Below are positions 30,263 through 38,940 of a stretch of 64,000 bases of DNA, piece by piece. The notes under the pieces are model-generated. The model was given only the letters and a program-made list of their open reading frames with translations. It was not told where the DNA came from and did no database searches. Origin of the DNA: a virus (taxonomy: Duplodnaviria; Caudoviricetes); the IMG/VR virus record IMGVR_UViG_3300020048_000077, positions 1 to 64,000 of that record; one strand, 5' to 3'. The position numbers and the translations under genes were made by a program. How positions within the stretch are numbered: position 1 is the first letter of the stretch; each line of letters begins with the position of its first letter.

Positions 30263-32863
30263 TTAAATTGTTGTGGTCTTCAACACTATCAACTCAATTG
30301 CAGGCTCACTCTGAATCACTCTTCCGAGCCGATCCTCCACCATTCCAAAACGACTGATATCCGCACCGTCATGGATCAAGCTGTTCAATCGCTCCCAATA
30401 CGCATGCCCTTCAGAAGTATCTTTCCATTTAAACCCATAGGATAGATAATGACATGGTATCAGGGGCTCGACTTCAACAGTGAAAGTGGCATCGAAGTAA
30501 GAACTTGCAGCACTCGCAATATGAGGCGGTAGATTCTTCTGATACCAATCAATGAATTTACATCTCCGTATCTCCAAAGGATCTTCTACAGGAGTTGATA
30601 TGATCTCTGCCCATTTACCACCATCATAAATTCCCGTACTCAATACTTTATCTTCAAGCCTGCCACAAGTAGCGATTTTGAATTCCCCGCAGGAAGTATC
30701 AGCATGTCTACTATTATTTCTTGAAGTAGGAATGTATTGGGTTCCTTTAGGGTATCTTCTACGTGCTTCTTCAAGTATCTCTTCCATGCCAATTGTCCTT
30801 ACAGGTTCAGGTGCAGGTATCTCATGAGGCAGAGCCCTTCTGCAAACAATAATGCCTCTACCTATATGAACTGGAATATTTTCGAAGGAATCCCATTCAT
30901 CAGATTTTACTGGATTCAAGAGATTTCCAGAAATGGAAGGAACAGAAATATCTCCATAACTTTTACCCAAAGGACGTACACCTACACTTTTGATGATTCC
31001 AATACATCCGTTATTGGCATGTTTGTAGCCCCATCCACCGGCATCCACCATCACCGCATACTCTCCTACCTTAGGCTCCCACTTTTCTTCTACCGATTTC
31101 TCAACAGGTGGAACGAATCCCACAGGCATGAGTTCAAAAGCAGGACTCTTATGGACATCTTTTCCATGATATCTTGGGTTTTCAGTACCATCAGAAATAC
31201 CGAATTTATTACATGCTCCCCAATACTCATAGGAATTCTTGGAAGATACGAATTTCAGATAATCTCCTTTATGACAAGGGTAATGCCCTTTAGCATGGTC
31301 ATCTAGACACTTTATATACCTTCCAGTAAGATCTTCTTCTACTTTCATGGTCTTCTTCTTTTCCTGGTCATCGTAGGCTTCCTTAGTTGATGGTTTGAAA
31401 TGATCTTCTACACCTTGAGTTGATTGACCGCTTCCTTCACTATATAAGATTCTATAAGAATATTTAGAAGTATCTGTTTTATAAACACCTCCGACTTTAG
31501 TGTAATTACCCCAACCCTCCGGTAACTTGATGCACTCCACATACTCAGGAACAACACTTTCAGTCACCTTCTTAGAATCTTCCAATGACACGAATTTATT
31601 AACTTTGATGCAGGCTTCTAACCAGTGTTTCTCTTCTTCAGTTGCTTTGGTCATGTAAGTTGCAGATGAAAACCTACCCGGATTCCAATAATCTGAAGAG
31701 TTACCTCGGATTGCAATAGCAGAAGAAGATTTGTTTTCAGTACACTTTCCTATAACAGGATCTCTATCGTTCTCACTATAATTATACCTATAAACCTCTC
31801 CCTCAACAAGATCAACAAACTTCAGTCTAACAGGTGCTTTCTCCTCAGCAGACTCTTTCAACACCCACTTTTTGAATTGATCAAAGGTAATCTCTGTGTA
31901 TCCTACCTTAATCTCATTCCAATAATCAATGATTTTCTCCCCATCATAATGGTAGTATGAATCTGAATTTCCAGTTAGATTTCGGGGATTACCACTCCAT
32001 AATCTGAAACGAGACTGTTTGAGCTTTTCACCTCCTCTGATACACCATTTCTCAGGCAATTCTGTAAGTTCTTTCATAGTAGGTGTTTTATCGACATGAC
32101 CTTCAGGTAAGTATTGTTGAATTCCTGATAGATCTGAAAGTAATTCAAATCTGCAACTTAAACGTGCAAAATTTTTACTAATTCTGAATTTGTATCCATC
32201 ACCAAAATCATAAATTTCTTCTGAATAATGCCACTCTGAACCTTGTAATTTTAAGAATTTCTTCCATCCATTAGAAGAAAGAGATGCATACCACTTTCCA
32301 ACTTCAAACTGAGGTTCAGTCTTTACGGGTGCTGGAATGTCCTCTTCGAACTCTACAGGTTTAGCAACTATTTTTGCCCAAGTACCCCTATGATAAACAT
32401 TTGGAATCCACTTCAATTCTGAACTTCCCTTAACACATTTACCTTCAAATCCCACATTTTCAATCTGATCAGTAGGATAATAAGGAGTATGTGAAACAAT
32501 CTCATACACCTCCGGAACAGAAGACACACGGACAGGTGTGAACCATGTACCGATGGGATACCTCTCCTTAGCTTCCCTTAGAAGTTTCTCTCCGGGTGAT
32601 TCCTCAGGCTTTGAACTTATCTCAGCCCATTTTCCATCCCAATACAGATATCTGTTAAAACTTGTCAGTCCGTATTTTGGATCTTTGTCTATATTCCAAA
32701 GATGGTCCTCAATTTTACTGACAATGTCGTCAGCACTAAATGTAAAATCTGTGTCCACAACTATACACCCTACGTCCTTTTTACTTACATGAGGTGGATG
32801 AAACACAGTACCTACAGGATAGTCTTTCTTTGCCTTTTCAAGCAGTTCTTCTTTTGTTGTCAT
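30263..32863 (-). CDS. Modular repeat protein (866 aa)
   Basis: Three copies of L-x-x-A-x-x-x-YP-x-GT...G-x-WA-x-I plus other small modules; AT-rich codon usage. Confidence 0.8.
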   Translation of the reverse strand: MTTKEELLEKAKKDYPVGTVFHPPHVSKKDVGCIVVDTDFTFSADDIVSKIEDHLWNIDKDPKYGLTSFNRYLYWDGKWAEISSKPEESPGEKLLREAKERYPIGTWFTPVRVSSVPEVYEIVSHTPYYPTDQIENVGFEGKCVKGSSELKWIPNVYHRGTWAKIVAKPVEFEEDIPAPVKTEPQFEVGKWYASLSSNGWKKFLKLQGSEWHYSEEIYDFGDGYKFRISKNFARLSCRFELLSDLSGIQQYLPEGHVDKTPTMKELTELPEKWCIRGGEKLKQSRFRLWSGNPRNLTGNSDSYYHYDGEKIIDYWNEIKVGYTEITFDQFKKWVLKESAEEKAPVRLKFVDLVEGEVYRYNYSENDRDPVIGKCTENKSSSAIAIRGNSSDYWNPGRFSSATYMTKATEEEKHWLEACIKVNKFVSLEDSKKVTESVVPEYVECIKLPEGWGNYTKVGGVYKTDTSKYSYRILYSEGSGQSTQGVEDHFKPSTKEAYDDQEKKKTMKVEEDLTGRYIKCLDDHAKGHYPCHKGDYLKFVSSKNSYEYWGACNKFGISDGTENPRYHGKDVHKSPAFELMPVGFVPPVEKSVEEKWEPKVGEYAVMVDAGGWGYKHANNGCIGIIKSVGVRPLGKSYGDISVPSISGNLLNPVKSDEWDSFENIPVHIGRGIIVCRRALPHEIPAPEPVRTIGMEEILEEARRRYPKGTQYIPTSRNNSRHADTSCGEFKIATCGRLEDKVLSTGIYDGGKWAEIISTPVEDPLEIRRCKFIDWYQKNLPPHIASAASSYFDATFTVEVEPLIPCHYLSYGFKWKDTSEGHAYWERLNSLIHDGADISRFGMVEDRLGRVIQSEPAIELIVLKTTTI

Positions 32864-32867
32864 CTGT

Positions 32868-33125
32868 TTAAGTTTTAGGGTATGCCTTCAAGGCATGTAC
32901 TTTACCATCACCGAAAGGATGAGGCAGTTCTCTGGCAAGAAGTGATGGAAGGTTATCAATAACCTCAAGTTCTCCTTCTTTCCACCAGGCATTCTTCTCC
33001 TTGCCCGGGTTGAGATCTCCAATGAATGTAATAGAGGCCTGTATCTTGCCTCCATCATATTCACCGATCTCTTTTATCAGCGCAAAACCTCCCTTAGGGG
33101 TCTTTACAAAATCCAATGATTTCAT
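32868..33125 (-). CDS. Hypothetical protein
   Basis: 85-aa ORF. Confidence 0.65.
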   Translation of the reverse strand: MKSLDFVKTPKGGFALIKEIGEYDGGKIQASITFIGDLNPGKEKNAWWKEGELEVIDNLPSLLARELPHPFGDGKVHALKAYPKT

Positions 33126-33154
33126 GATATTAAATGTGTTTGTAAAATGTTGAG

Positions 33155-33297
33155 TGAGGGATCCAGGACTTGAACCTGGAGAGCGTACTTAGAGTCAGAT
33201 TTCATATCGAGGATATCTGTATTCCCTGTTCTGCTTGTAGTTTCCTACGAAGGACAATATCAATAATTGTTGCGTCTACCAATTCCGCCAATCCCCC
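33155..33297 (-). tRNA. tRNA-like RNA (Leu-type D arm, A73) with a 74-nt variable region and non-canonical anticodon loop
   Basis: Acceptor GGGGGAT/ATCCCTC, D arm GCGGAATTGGTAGACGC, T arm CCAGG-TTCAAGT-CCTGG, anticodon arm ACAAT-TATTGAT-ATTGT. Confidence 0.7.
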
Positions 33298-33324
33298 TTG
33301 TGCCAGTCTTTCCTGGCAGTCTTT

Positions 33325-34431
33325 TCAATAAGCCAGACTCAAAGAGCTAAGAGTCTTTCTGGCCTCTATGGTTCTTTCCACACGAAGGAAGAGTCCTTTG
33401 AAAGGCTCTTTCTCCAACTTAGAGTTTAACAGTTTCTTTCCTGTATCAGCATCATGCACATGAAGATCTTCCAATGGAATATCCACGAATGAACTATGTG
33501 CAAGAAGAATGCCTATAGTCTTAGGATTGGCAAGCCGGAACCGATACTCCTTCCTGCCTTTATACCAATCGTAGTGTGGATGATCGTGAGCATTATGCGA
33601 AACTTTGAATGAAACTGCAGTAGTACCCTTTTCATCCTGTTGCATGAGATTGGAGTTGTAGGTAACTATACCTACCTCAATATTCATGTGTGGAAGTACC
33701 TGATCGAATGTATCCGGATACATGTCCACCACATAGGCGATCTTATCACAGATGTCATAGGACAGATCCGATACCTTCTCAAGAAAGGCTTTGAGACGTT
33801 CAGGGTCATTGACAGTGGTCTGCTCTTTGATGAAATCCAATGCCACATCCACTGTCAATGGATCGAATTTGAAATCGAAGAGTATGCGACCAGGTCTGTT
33901 GAAAAGGAACTTGGAAAGATTCCTACGTTCATTCACGGTCATCACATTGAATACCTTCACAGCAGTTGTAAGACCGTCAAAGAAAGTAAGCAAATCTGCG
34001 GATGGATCTCCAGCCTTAGTATCAGCCGATGAATAGTTCTTCTCAAATTCATCGAAAAGAAGCATTACAGGCCCTCCTACACATTCAAGGACGGCCATAA
34101 TGATATGCATAGGCTGTCCATTTACAAGAAGAATGGGAAGATCCGTGGCCTTGGCCACATTGAGCGCTGTCTGCGTTTTTCCATTCCCTGAAGTGCCTGT
34201 GAGCATCACTGATGGATTCTTACTGGTGGAACTGTTCCACAATGTGATCATCGTGTCCATTGCCTCCTTCGCAGTACCTGTAAGATTGGGCACTGTATGT
34301 GGATCAGCAAGCTTCTCCAGATGTATTCCGGCCATTGTCTCCACGATCTGATAAAAACCGAAAGGAAGTTTTGGAAGTAATTTTCCTGAATTGCCGATGA
34401 GATTGAACGTTGTTCCTTTTTGATAAAGCAT
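33325..34431 (-). CDS. AAA+ ATPase
   Basis: GTSGNGKT, LLFDEFEK and NRPGRI motifs. Confidence 0.88.
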   Translation of the reverse strand: MLYQKGTTFNLIGNSGKLLPKLPFGFYQIVETMAGIHLEKLADPHTVPNLTGTAKEAMDTMITLWNSSTSKNPSVMLTGTSGNGKTQTALNVAKATDLPILLVNGQPMHIIMAVLECVGGPVMLLFDEFEKNYSSADTKAGDPSADLLTFFDGLTTAVKVFNVMTVNERRNLSKFLFNRPGRILFDFKFDPLTVDVALDFIKEQTTVNDPERLKAFLEKVSDLSYDICDKIAYVVDMYPDTFDQVLPHMNIEVGIVTYNSNLMQQDEKGTTAVSFKVSHNAHDHPHYDWYKGRKEYRFRLANPKTIGILLAHSSFVDIPLEDLHVHDADTGKKLLNSKLEKEPFKGLFLRVERTIEARKTLSSLSLAY

Positions 34432-34493
34432 GATTACTGTTGTTTTAGATTGTTTTTATTACTGGTTTTTAAGCTTCAATCCCAACTGTATAT

Positions 34494-35198
34494 CTACTTC
34501 ATTTTCTGAGTATATCCTACGTTGAACAAGAAGAGTACGTAAATGGCAAGAATGAAGATCACTTCTAATATCCAAAATCTGGTAGATTCCAACAGAATTT
34601 CAGCTGTCACATTCGGAATGACCTGTCCGAACATGTGGGCATACAGGAATGCACATGCAACTGTTGTGAATGGGAAGGAAAAGAGTGAAAGAATAAGCGC
34701 TGTTCCGAAGGAAATAAACCTGTCCTTTACAACTTCTTTTCTCTTGTAAGGTCCTCTCGATCTGACTACCTTTTCTTTCAGTACCTCTTTAAGAATTGCA
34801 GGTTCATCCACTTTGTTCTCCACGGTCGGAGTAGCAGTATAAGTGGAAGCCGTTGTTTCTACCGGATCAGAAGACTTTGAAGAAATTCTACCGGCTGCCT
34901 GCGTCTCCTTATACTGATGGATACGTGAAATGATCTCTCTTACCATTTCCGCATTCGGAGCAGTGGGAGATTTCCATACTATACGTCCATCCTTATTACC
35001 GATGATGCCTCCATTTGTAAGAATAACATATAGCATTCCAGCATCTAAGGAGAGTCCCTTCTCCTTACGCAGATATACAGTGAGATCGTCACGTTTATAA
35101 AAAATAAGGGTAGGACTTTGAAGTGCAGCATGCATCTCCTTCATTACTTTGGTGTACTTGATTACCATTCTTGGAACGGTGTTTCTCTCTTGTGACAT
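34494..35198 (-). CDS. Hypothetical protein with two C-terminal transmembrane helices
   Basis: Start moved to MSQERNT because the track start lies inside the upstream tRNA. Confidence 0.7.
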   Translation of the reverse strand: MSQERNTVPRMVIKYTKVMKEMHAALQSPTLIFYKRDDLTVYLRKEKGLSLDAGMLYVILTNGGIIGNKDGRIVWKSPTAPNAEMVREIISRIHQYKETQAAGRISSKSSDPVETTASTYTATPTVENKVDEPAILKEVLKEKVVRSRGPYKRKEVVKDRFISFGTALILSLFSFPFTTVACAFLYAHMFGQVIPNVTAEILLESTRFWILEVIFILAIYVLFLFNVGYTQKMK

Positions 35199-35243
35199 GA
35201 AAAAAAGGTTTAAGATTAGTGTTTGAACGTGTTTAAAATTTAG

Positions 35244-35318
35244 TGGAGGATGCAGGACTCGAACCTGCGACCATACTGCAAGAAGCAGTTTCTCTCTAAC
35301 CATCTGAGCTAATCCTCC
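35244..35318 (-). tRNA. Degenerate tRNA, nominally Arg(TCT)
   Basis: Perfect acceptor GGAGGAT/ATCCTCC and T arm. The anticodon loop CT-TCT-TG has U37, and the D and anticodon stems have mismatches. Confidence 0.65.
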
Positions 35319-35391
35319 TACCACCGGTCTTTCCCGGTTGTCAATGGTACTGCACCCGCACCATCTGGGATCGTCTTACGACAATAAAATT

Positions 35392-35775
35392 AGCAGAGAG
35401 GTGTGCTGTTACGCTAAATGCTCAACGGAATCTACATCAGCCTTGCTCCTGTGGCCTTATTGCCTACCACATCCTCAGTGTTCACGACACCAGGTTAAGA
35501 GGTTAAGTCCCGGATCCTCTCGTACAAGGGAACCTTACTGATCATTGAGTTACTTACCTGAATACTACTCCAGCGGGCCTGAGGATCTACGAGTCTTTCA
35601 ACTTTAGAGGCAGGTTACTGTATAATAGATTTTCATGTTCACTCCTCCCGAGTTCTTCCGTTACGCGCCCTACAATTCAGGTTTCACGGTACTTGGATTC
35701 GCGTTTTACCAAGTATTCCCTCTTTGCAACTCCTTAGATGATGGCTGCTTCCAGGCCAACATTCCAGCTCTGCCT
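35392..35775 (-). ncRNA. Structured ncRNA mimicking the 23S rRNA GTPase-associated centre and sarcin-ricin loop
   Basis: H43-like GCUGGAAUGUUGGCCUGGAAGCAGCCAUCAUCUAAGGAGU (35768-35729), SRL core GUACGAGAGGA (35525-35515), H44-like GCGUAACAGCACAC (35414-35401), closing helix GGCAGAG/CUCUGCU. Confidence 0.85.
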
Positions 35776-36831
35776 TTACTTGTACCTGATCACATCAGAC
35801 CATGAAGGTCCATTACTGACAAATACCTTGTCGAACTTCACATTCAACGATGCAAGAAGACCATCGATGTCAATATGGAACTGGTCCATACATGTCACCA
35901 CAAGATTCTTCTTCCTTCCTACAGAATACGGAGAATCGCACTCCAGAGCGTAATTCAACAACTGTGGATTGAGATGTGCGATTCTGAACTCTCCTTGATG
36001 CTCATTGAAAATGTTTGTCTCGTTCTCATTGTTTCTGAGTTCAAGCTTGCATTCATCAGGAAAATACCCATTACCATGTCTTGTAGCATAGCTACGTGTG
36101 ACATAATAAGTTTCATCATTTTCTCCTCTCCACATGCTTGCATTCTTGCCAGTGGTGTTCGACCTTGTGACATTGGGAAAGAACCCATGATCCATATCAA
36201 GAAGAATGCCTTGAGCGCCCTCGTAGATAGGAGTTCCACCTATACTGAACAGATTTGGCACCACCGTAATGATCTCTTTCACTCTTTCCACAAACCCATT
36301 GAACAGGTCTATGGACACATGTAGTTCAGTTGAAGATGGACATTTCGAATACTTCTCTATGTTCTCCAGCTTTCCAGCAAGAACATCCGGATAGAACAGA
36401 TCTCGCACATGCAATTTGTAATGATGTTCCTGTCTTTGTATAGTGGTGCCAAAACCGGCCCCTACAGAACCATGATTCATGATCTTCTCACGTTCTCTGT
36501 TACGACAGATGTCGAACGGAGTAGTGATAATGGCCATGGGATTCACATAGATCTTAGGAGCTACAATCTTTCCAAGAAGAACATCATACTCTCTTACAAG
36601 CGCAGGAGGATAGAGAGTACAGTACTCACTCCAGTAAGTTGGAGCACCTTGAAGTGTTCCTGAACCGAAGGAGGAGAATACATGCCTCTGTCCCTTGTGT
36701 ACGACAGTATGCCCTGCCTGATGCCCACCGTTGAATCTTACAACGATGGGATCAGGAACAGTAGTGCATAGATATGAGGTGACAAGACCTTTGCCCTCAT
36801 CTCCAAACCCAAGTCCAAGAACAGTGCTCAT
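35776..36831 (-). CDS. purA: Adenylosuccinate synthetase-like protein (short, divergent PurA homolog)
   Basis: GFGDEGKG, RFNGGHQAGHTV and EGAQGILLD...PNVTRS motifs. Confidence 0.85.
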   Translation of the reverse strand: MSTVLGLGFGDEGKGLVTSYLCTTVPDPIVVRFNGGHQAGHTVVHKGQRHVFSSFGSGTLQGAPTYWSEYCTLYPPALVREYDVLLGKIVAPKIYVNPMAIITTPFDICRNREREKIMNHGSVGAGFGTTIQRQEHHYKLHVRDLFYPDVLAGKLENIEKYSKCPSSTELHVSIDLFNGFVERVKEIITVVPNLFSIGGTPIYEGAQGILLDMDHGFFPNVTRSNTTGKNASMWRGENDETYYVTRSYATRHGNGYFPDECKLELRNNENETNIFNEHQGEFRIAHLNPQLLNYALECDSPYSVGRKKNLVVTCMDQFHIDIDGLLASLNVKFDKVFVSNGPSWSDVIRYK

Positions 36832-37712
36832 AGCATGTCAACTTTCGGAGTTGGTGCTGTGCCTGCATCTTGTACAGGGGCATCTGAAGTAACTGATGCA
36901 GGACTCACTCTCAATGTCTTCAGGATGATATCTGATAAGACCATTGGAAGAGTGGTGTGATCAGTGATCACGATACAATTCTCTCCAAGGAGTTCCTTCC
37001 ATCGGGGATCCACATGTCTTCCACCATGATCCACATGGATGTGAAACACATGATTGGTCTCCTGAGCCTTTGTAAGGAGTTCTGCAGCCGTGAATGATGT
37101 ACCTTGGCCAGCAGCTGCAGTTCCCATAAGTCCTTTTACAGCGCTCATCGGAAGAGTTGTCAGATTAGGTTCATCACCTACGGTGAATACGAATCCTTTT
37201 GCTCTCCTTTTGGAGAAGGCATCCGTTTGGATGTGATTTGATGCAAAGTACCATGCAAGAAGATAACTCTCACCTGCATTTCCTCCACCTCCACCTTCAA
37301 GGAAGGTACGTGTCAACCACATGTCCAGTTCTGCATCTCCTGATTCGAACTGTCCGATTTGAAGAGGGAAACGGTCACACTCGTGATCACCGATGGCCCC
37401 GAACATCAAAGAGATGTCATTAAGACCCTTCTGGATGAGTCCTCCCATCAATTTGGGAAGACCTTCCTTGATCAGTTCATGTGGTATATGGCCCATACTA
37501 CCGGTCACATCCAAGTACAGCTGTACAGGAATGGAATGCGGGTGTAGCTCTGAATCCCGACTCTCTCTGAATGCCACTCCCGAAGGGTTCATGGCAGCAT
37601 GTATCTGCCTGGATTCAGATTGAGTGAAGATCTTAGTGACAGGTGCAGTTGCATACTTCATCGTAGTTGCCCGTTCTAAACGAGCATCTACGGAATAACT
37701 TGAATTTCCCAT
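36828..37712 (-). CDS. vWA-domain protein
   Basis: MIDAS-like DVTGSMG, IGDHECD, GGGGGNAGESY and GDEP; N-terminal MG. Confidence 0.75.
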   Translation of the reverse strand: MGNSSYSVDARLERATTMKYATAPVTKIFTQSESRQIHAAMNPSGVAFRESRDSELHPHSIPVQLYLDVTGSMGHIPHELIKEGLPKLMGGLIQKGLNDISLMFGAIGDHECDRFPLQIGQFESGDAELDMWLTRTFLEGGGGGNAGESYLLAWYFASNHIQTDAFSKRRAKGFVFTVGDEPNLTTLPMSAVKGLMGTAAAGQGTSFTAAELLTKAQETNHVFHIHVDHGGRHVDPRWKELLGENCIVITDHTTLPMVLSDIILKTLRVSPASVTSDAPVQDAGTAPTPKVDML

Positions 37713-37715
37713 GGC

Positions 37716-38075
37716 TCAATTGTCTTGGAACAGGTGTTTGTAACGTGTCTTTGCAATGTCAAGCTTGATCTCAAGGTTCCTGATGGTGATACCGAGTTCA
37801 ATATCCTTCTCTACGAAGGCCTTGGCATCGAAATCTGCAGCCAGTACAAGACTGATGGCATCAGTAGGTGACATGTCAAGCATTCCTTCGCGTTCACGCT
37901 TGATCTGCTTCAACTGTACCTCAAGATCCTCCACCTGTCGTTTGTAGAGCATATCTGCTGCCTCAGCAATGGCCACGGCACGATCAGCTCTGATCTTCTT
38001 GTTGTTTCTCAATAAAGATGCTCCGAAAGCTCCTTTCATTTCTCCCAGTCCTTCTGGTGTTACGTCTTCTGACAT
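37716..38075 (-). CDS. Hypothetical helical protein (paralog of 42111-42452)
   Basis: Shares the AF-x-x-x-L-x-R-x-N-x-K-x-x-x-DRAV motif with 42111-42452. Confidence 0.75.
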   Translation of the reverse strand: MSEDVTPEGLGEMKGAFGASLLRNNKKIRADRAVAIAEAADMLYKRQVEDLEVQLKQIKREREGMLDMSPTDAISLVLAADFDAKAFVEKDIELGITIRNLEIKLDIAKTRYKHLFQDN

Positions 38076-38098
38076 GATTATTTGGTTTTTAAAATTGA

Positions 38099-38386
38099 TT
38101 ACTTTACTTGAATGTCGATATCCATCAGAATCTTTCCGAGGAGTGTGAATGTGGCCCTTGCAGATTCTCTTGTAAGAGTGAACTTGGAAATGTTCATACC
38201 ATCCTTACATTCCAACCCTCCAAAAGGGGGATGATCCATCTCTTCAGGAAACTTAGGACGTTCATACTTGAAATGTATCAGTTGACCTTCTTCTGAAGAT
38301 CCTACCCATACCGTTCTGTCATCTCCAAGGTCTACTTGAAGACCATCTACTGTGATAGGAGGCTTTTCTTGTTTTTTCTTTGCCAT
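38099..38386 (-). CDS. Hypothetical protein
   Basis: 95-aa ORF with an A-rich leader. Confidence 0.7.
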   Translation of the reverse strand: MAKKKQEKPPITVDGLQVDLGDDRTVWVGSSEEGQLIHFKYERPKFPEEMDHPPFGGLECKDGMNISKFTLTRESARATFTLLGKILMDIDIQVK

Positions 38387-38399
38387 TGCATTGATGTTA

Positions 38400-38940
38400 C
38401 TTGATTTTCAATTTAGCACCCTCTTTCTTATATCTTGGTCTAGTCGCCAAAGCTTAAAGAGTAGGGTCACATAGATATTAAGGCAATGCAGGCAACAGAC
38501 CTACTTTAACCTGTTTAGCAGACAGGACCTTATAACTACTTGCTGAGAACTCATTTGTATTGTGTGCTGGATACGGCTATATTTTCAAGTTAGCACAATA
38601 TATGTTTCACCCATTTCCTTTCTCAAGGGAACAATACATCTAGGATTACTCCGTAGGTAGTGGCAATTTAACCTCTCTGATCTCTTAGTCCCAGTGAACT
38701 TATTCCACACTATTAAGCAGTCTGCTACTGCCCCTCTACTGTCAATTCAGTATCTAATATCTTTCCGCTAGTCCGCTTACGCAGAACACGAGAGGTTCAA
38801 TGTTTAGCCTTTTTCTTCAATAATTAGGACAACCGCATCTTCCAGAGTCTTGGGCCTGACGGACGGTACGGTGTGTAGGCATTCCTACTTCGATGCAGAC
38901 TTCGATGGTCTCAACTCCACGTCCGCACTTAGTCCATATC
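38400..38940 (-). ncRNA. Candidate structured ncRNA with 16S rRNA-like motifs
   Basis: ORF-free 540-nt gap with many helices. Contains TACACACCG (38877-38869), ATTAGATAC (38758-38750), GAATTGAC (38748-38741) and CCTACGG (38657-38651). Confidence 0.65.

Noticed and set aside
35374-35386. GUCGUAA as a 16S 1494-1500 mimic
   Set aside because: Only 7 nt and explained by a local GUC-GUAA-GAC hairpin, so probably chance.
35415-35728. The 314-nt insert in the 23S mimic as a self-splicing intron
   Set aside because: No clear P7 R/S pair, and no U|...G| junction restores G1091. The insert itself contains the SRL, so it looks like part of the RNA.
35776-36831. PurZ / 2-aminoadenine (Z-genome) pathway
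   Set aside because: The P-loop is GDEGKG (PurA Asp), not the PurZ GSTGKG, and no DatZ- or MazZ-like gene is visible in the window.
35392-38940. Genuine rRNA gene fragments or host contamination
   Set aside because: The matches are short motifs in rearranged order inside novel helices, flush with phage genes, not a collinear rRNA piece. Read-level confirmation is still needed.
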